Assembly (NCBI GenBank): GCA_963674695.2 | Contig: CAXXGI010000002.1 | Span: 384,001 to 448,000, forward strand | Direction: 5' to 3' | Source: a bacterium | Lineage (GTDB): Bacteria > UBA10199 > 2-02-FULL-44-16 > JAAZCA01 | DNA: 64,000 nucleotides | Shown: in pieces, positions 59,282-64,000 of the stretch | Numbering within the stretch: position 1 is the stretch's first letter | How the letters are laid out: the number at the start of each line of letters is the position of its first letter | Program-made: the position numbers and the translations under genes | Notes under the pieces: model-generated | Seen by the model: only the letters and a program-made list of their open reading frames with translations | Databases searched by the model: none | Told to the model about the DNA's origin: nothing

Positions 59282-60688
59282 ATGGTGTATTCAAAACGAA
59301 ATCTCAAAGATCTGAGCGAGCGCGAACAGTTGCTCGCCCCTACGTTCGGGTCGCGCGATCTGCAGGGGTCGGTGCCGAAGTACAAGCTCCCTCGAAACGA
59401 GATGTCACCGCGCAACGCCTATCAGCTCGTGCACGATGAACTCATGCTCGACGGAAACGCGCGTCTCAATCTCGCAACGTTCGTGACCACCTGGATGGAG
59501 CCGGAGGCGCGCCAACTCATGGCGGAGACCTTCGACAAGAATATGATCGACAAGGATGAGTATCCGCAGACGGCTGAACTCGAGATGCGCTGTGTGAATA
59601 TCCTTTCGCGCCTCTTCCACGCGCCCGAAGAAGCCAATGGGTGTGGATGCTCCACCATTGGTTCAAGCGAGGCGGTGATGCTCGGCGGCATGGCGCTCAA
59701 GTGGAAGTGGCGCGAGCGCATGCGGGCGAAGGGGAAGGCAACGGACAAGCCCAATTTGATTCTCGGTACCGACGTGCAGGTCTGCTGGGAGAAGTTCTGC
59801 CGCTACTGGGATGTCGAACCGCGCTTCATCCCGATGGAGAAGGGTCGCGCCTATAGCTTGACGCCCGAGAACGTCATCGCGCACTGTGACGAGAACACGA
59901 TCGGCGTGGCCCCCATCATGGGCACGACCATCACGGGGGCAAACGAGCCGGTCAAGGCCATCAACGACGCGCTCGACAAATACAACAAGGAGACGGGCTT
60001 TGACGTACCGATCCATGTCGATGCCGCCAGCGGTGGATTCATCGCGCCTTTTCTCCATGAGAAGCTCGAGTGGGATTTTCGCCTCAAGTGGGTCAAATCG
60101 ATCAATACCTCGGGACACAAGTTCGGCCTCGTCTATCCGGGCGTGGGTTGGGCCATCTGGCGCGATTGGGAGGAGCTGCCCAAGGATCTTATCTTCAGCG
60201 TCAACTATCTGGGCGGCGATATGCCCACCTTTGCGATCAACTTCTCACGTCCGGGCAACCAGATCGTCGCACAGTACTACAACTTCCTGCGACTGGGGTT
60301 CGACGGCTATAAGCGCATTCAGCAGTCCTGTCGGGATGTGGCGCGCGCTCTCTCGGAGAAACTCGAAAAACTCGAGGTGTTCGAGTGCGTGACTCGCGGT
60401 GAGGACATTCCTGTTTTTGCGTTCAAGATCCGCGAGGGTCTCAAGACGAACTACACCGTCTATGACATCTCTGAGATGCTGCGCCATCGCGGGTGGCTGG
60501 TCCCGGCCTATACCATGCCGGCGAATTGTGAAGAGATCGCCCTTCTGCGCATCGTGGTGAAAGAGGGGTTCAGCCACGACATGGCTGATCTCCTGCTCGA
60601 GGATATGCAGCGCATCCTCAAGCACTTCCAGTCGCAGCCCGACTACAAACCGACCCAGCGCACAACTGGCGGCAAGGTGCGGTGCTAG
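59282..60688 (+). CDS. gadB: Glutamate decarboxylase
   Basis: NLATFVTTWM, IDKDEYP, QVCWEKF, HVDAASGG, SGHKFG (PLP Lys), NFSRP. Confidence 0.96.
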   Translation: MVYSKRNLKDLSEREQLLAPTFGSRDLQGSVPKYKLPRNEMSPRNAYQLVHDELMLDGNARLNLATFVTTWMEPEARQLMAETFDKNMIDKDEYPQTAELEMRCVNILSRLFHAPEEANGCGCSTIGSSEAVMLGGMALKWKWRERMRAKGKATDKPNLILGTDVQVCWEKFCRYWDVEPRFIPMEKGRAYSLTPENVIAHCDENTIGVAPIMGTTITGANEPVKAINDALDKYNKETGFDVPIHVDAASGGFIAPFLHEKLEWDFRLKWVKSINTSGHKFGLVYPGVGWAIWRDWEELPKDLIFSVNYLGGDMPTFAINFSRPGNQIVAQYYNFLRLGFDGYKRIQQSCRDVARALSEKLEKLEVFECVTRGEDIPVFAFKIREGLKTNYTVYDISEMLRHRGWLVPAYTMPANCEEIALLRIVVKEGFSHDMADLLLEDMQRILKHFQSQPDYKPTQRTTGGKVRC

Positions 60689-60716
60689 GACGGTTTCACG
60701 GAAATGACAGCGCGAA

Positions 60717-61016
60717 TCACTCGGGGCGTTCGGGCATCCACTTCTTGATTACATCCACGATCTGGTAGGCCTGTTTGGCATTCGAGATGTTGAATTTGCT
60801 CTGTGGGATGAAGTTTCCGCCGCGTTTCTGATAGCGCTGGATGCGAACCTTGGGCGGTCCAAATTCTCCGGTTTTGCCATCCAGGTCCTGGTAGAGGAAC
60901 ATGATCGTCGTCCAGGAGCCTCGGCTGAGGACCTCCTTTTCGATTTCGCGGACCTTCTGCTTGCCGTCGCTCTCGTCCACCCAGTTGATCGTGATTTCGT
61001 CGATAGTCTCCGCCAT
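60717..61016 (-). CDS. Hypothetical protein (99 aa)
   Basis: AAGGAG RBS before MAETIDEITINW..; compact soluble ORF. Confidence 0.75.
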   Translation of the reverse strand: MAETIDEITINWVDESDGKQKVREIEKEVLSRGSWTTIMFLYQDLDGKTGEFGPPKVRIQRYQKRGGNFIPQSKFNISNAKQAYQIVDVIKKWMPERPE

Positions 61017-61171
61017 GAGGGGCTCCTTGGTTGCTGTCGTCGTTGGGGTGAGGTTGTGCCACGGAGCTCGGTATCGGTCAAGGCCGGGGGAAATCACCTT
61101 GAGGCATGGCGGGGAAGTTGCTACAGTGCCGCACTCTGAACGAACGTGTTTTTGAATCAGCAGGGGGACAG

Positions 61172-62272
61172 ATGACCACGCAGTTGCCGTCGATGACGCG
61201 GCTCTTCGAAAAAATGGACGAGGGGATGCTCGTCGTGGATGCCCAGTGGCGCATCCTCTATGCGAACGACTTTGCACGCCGATACCTCAACCTCTCGCCC
61301 ACGGAGGATCGTCTCAGTGAGGCGCTCATTCCGAAGCTGCAGCAACGCTTCATCATCAACACCGAGGTTCAGGAAGCGTCTGGTTCGGAGGTGCGCGAAC
61401 TCACCAACGAAGAGCTCGACGACCTGAGCGAAGATGAAAAGAGCATCGCGTTCGAAGCTTCAAGTCTTCCGGAGAGCTCGCGCCCCTTTACGCTCTCGAT
61501 CTATATGAGCCGTTCCAACGAGGAAGGGATGCGCTTCATGTTGTTGCGGGATATCACCGCCAAACGCAACGAGGAGCTGTGGAAATCACGGCTGCTCTCG
61601 ATGATTTCGCACAAGCTCATGACGCCGATCAACGTGGTGAAGATGTTCCTTTCGAATATGCTCGTCGGTGTGGCCGGCCAGATCAGCGACAAACAGCGCG
61701 AGCTGCTGCAGAAATCGAGTGGAAAACTCGTGCGCCTCGAAAAGCTCGTCGGGCGATTGATCGAATATTCGGCGTTGCAGAGTTTGGAACTGAAGGGGAC
61801 GATGCGGCCGGTCGATGCGCAGGCCGTGGCCGAAGAGGTGGGAAAAATAATTCAGCGACAATATCCCGATCGCGAGATCGCCTTCACGGTCAAGGGCATC
61901 GATGATGCCATGGTGCTTGCGCGCGGGACCTTTCTCCAATCGGTCTTCGACAGCCTCTTCGACAACGCGGTCAAATTTCATCCCGGCCCGCGTGTGGCGA
62001 TCGAGGTTCGATTTCAGCGCGATCCAGAGACGCGCGAACTCACCGTGACCATTGTCGATGATGGCCCCGGCATTCCGCCGGATATCCAGCACGATCTCTT
62101 CAGCGAGTTTACCCAGCGCGACGATGATGGTACCGGAAACGTCGAGGGGATCGGGCTGGGCCTGCCGCTCGTGAAGAACCTCATGGGCCTCTTTGCCGGC
62201 ACCGCCTCGCTCCACTCCGAAGAGGGACAGGGCACGACCGTGACGCTCACCTTCCCTCCGCCGGAGGAGTAG
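61172..62272 (+). CDS. PAS-domain sensor histidine kinase
   Basis: SHKLMTPI H-box, DNAVKF N-box, DDGPGI and GIGLGL G-boxes; N-terminal PAS-like segment. Confidence 0.9.
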   Translation: MTTQLPSMTRLFEKMDEGMLVVDAQWRILYANDFARRYLNLSPTEDRLSEALIPKLQQRFIINTEVQEASGSEVRELTNEELDDLSEDEKSIAFEASSLPESSRPFTLSIYMSRSNEEGMRFMLLRDITAKRNEELWKSRLLSMISHKLMTPINVVKMFLSNMLVGVAGQISDKQRELLQKSSGKLVRLEKLVGRLIEYSALQSLELKGTMRPVDAQAVAEEVGKIIQRQYPDREIAFTVKGIDDAMVLARGTFLQSVFDSLFDNAVKFHPGPRVAIEVRFQRDPETRELTVTIVDDGPGIPPDIQHDLFSEFTQRDDDGTGNVEGIGLGLPLVKNLMGLFAGTASLHSEEGQGTTVTLTFPPPEE

Positions 62273-62388
62273 CGCCCCTCCCCGCCACGAGACCGATGGA
62301 CGTGTTAACAAGGGATGGGGACCGAATCCGCGTTTTGGGTAAAAAAAGATGCGGCAGAGGGCCGCATTCACGAGATTTTTACGATTGA

Positions 62389-63246
<858 letters not shown>

Positions 63247-63321
63247 TTTCTGTCCCCCCAGAAAACAACAATAAATACAAATCCTTACCAAAAACACCGC
63301 TGGCTTTCGCACACTTCTAAA

Positions 63322-63338
63322 TTGCATATCGCATGCCA
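63322..63338 (-). promoter_or_regulatory. Putative sigma-54 promoter
   Basis: Minus strand TGGCATGCGATATGCAA (GG-N10-GC). Upstream inverted TGTCCAATTT (63418-63427) / AAATTGGACA (63455-63464) in an AT-rich spacer. Confidence 0.7.
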
Positions 63339-63571
63339 TGACGGAAAGGGAGCGATGAGTTTTTAAGTGCTTAATAATATTGATGAAATTGTGAGTCTGT
63401 TCGCAGTGCTGAACGGGTGTCCAATTTGGAGAGCATAATTATGTTCACAGAATAAAATTGGACATTGATGTTTATTTTGGAGGTCATGAGGGGTAAAATG
63501 AGAACTCATTGAAAATAAAAATGATTTTATAGGCATGCGGTGGAGGGGATCGATCGATGACGAGGTGATCC

Positions 63572-64000
63572 ATGGACGCTCAAGGGGGACTGGTCGATGG
63601 AAAGTATCGCATCGTGCGGCAGATCGGCGGGGGCGCCTTCTCCGAGGTCTATCTCGTCGAGGGGCCCGATGGGCGATCGGCCTTAAAGCTCCTCAAGGAG
63701 AAGGGGCGTGCCACCGACGCCGTCGCCGTCGAGGACTTCAAGCGCGAGTTCACCATCCTCAAGGACCTGAATCATCCGCACATCGCGCGCATCCTCGACT
63801 TCGGCTTCGATACGGAACGCGACCGCTACTACTTCACCTCTGAATTCGTCGACGGAAGCAATTTTTTCGATGCGACCGAGAATTTGGAACCGGCGGTTGT
63901 GACCAATCTCATCGTCCAGGCCCTGCGCGCGCTCGAGTACCTGCACTCCTTTCGCGTCTATCACTTCGACATCAAGGCGACCAACGTCCTGGTGTTGGAG
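63572..64000 (+). CDS. Serine/threonine protein kinase, 3'-truncated (absent from the ORF track)
   Basis: MDAQGGLVDGKYRIVRQIGGGAFSEVY..ALKLL..REFTILKDLNHPHIARILD..YLHSFRVYHFDIKATNVL; frame open to the window end. Confidence 0.92.
   Translation, partial: MDAQGGLVDGKYRIVRQIGGGAFSEVYLVEGPDGRSALKLLKEKGRATDAVAVEDFKREFTILKDLNHPHIARILDFGFDTERDRYYFTSEFVDGSNFFDATENLEPAVVTNLIVQALRALEYLHSFRVYHFDIKATNVLVLE

Noticed and set aside
61071-61104. Sigma-28-like TCAAG..CCGATA upstream of the 99-aa gene
   Set aside because: The spacer is about 20 nt, too long for the consensus.

Overview
GC-rich bacterial chromosomal window. Its CTERM-sorted surface protein, many Cys-rich lipoproteins, several sigma-54 promoters, DAC domain and Ser/Thr kinase suggest a deltaproteobacterium/Myxococcota-like organism (inference). 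It holds about 55 supportable genes. Housekeeping and stress genes include a GH65 phosphorylase, a fused aspartokinase/DAP decarboxylase, cfa, mgsA, msrA, corA, gadC-gadB, a PadR-TolC-adaptor-RND efflux operon and a CdaA-YbbR fusion; many orphan secreted proteins are interspersed. No rRNA, tRNA, CRISPR array, transposase or phage gene was recognised. The best candidate for an undescribed system is a putative RiPP locus at 39.5-41.2 kb: a near-consensus sigma-54 promoter, a radical SAM/SPASM maturase with no room for an N-terminal RRE, and a 103-aa precursor-like peptide whose C-terminal core combines six Cys (C-C-CC-C-C) with three aromatic-X-X motifs (HSN, YQR, HGD). Nearby is an unusual membrane-anchored PhnD-HAMP-AAA+ regulator lacking GAFTGA. 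Other notable items: an unannotated 46-aa secreted Cys peptide, two long hairpin elements beside a REP-like repeat at 19.4-20.0 kb, a recurring GCAAC-N15-SCGATAA promoter-like motif, a PEP/pyruvate-binding-domain gene split at a CG repeat, and an RND pump lacking the TM4 aspartate. All calls come from reading the sequence and from recalled family motifs; no database searches were run.
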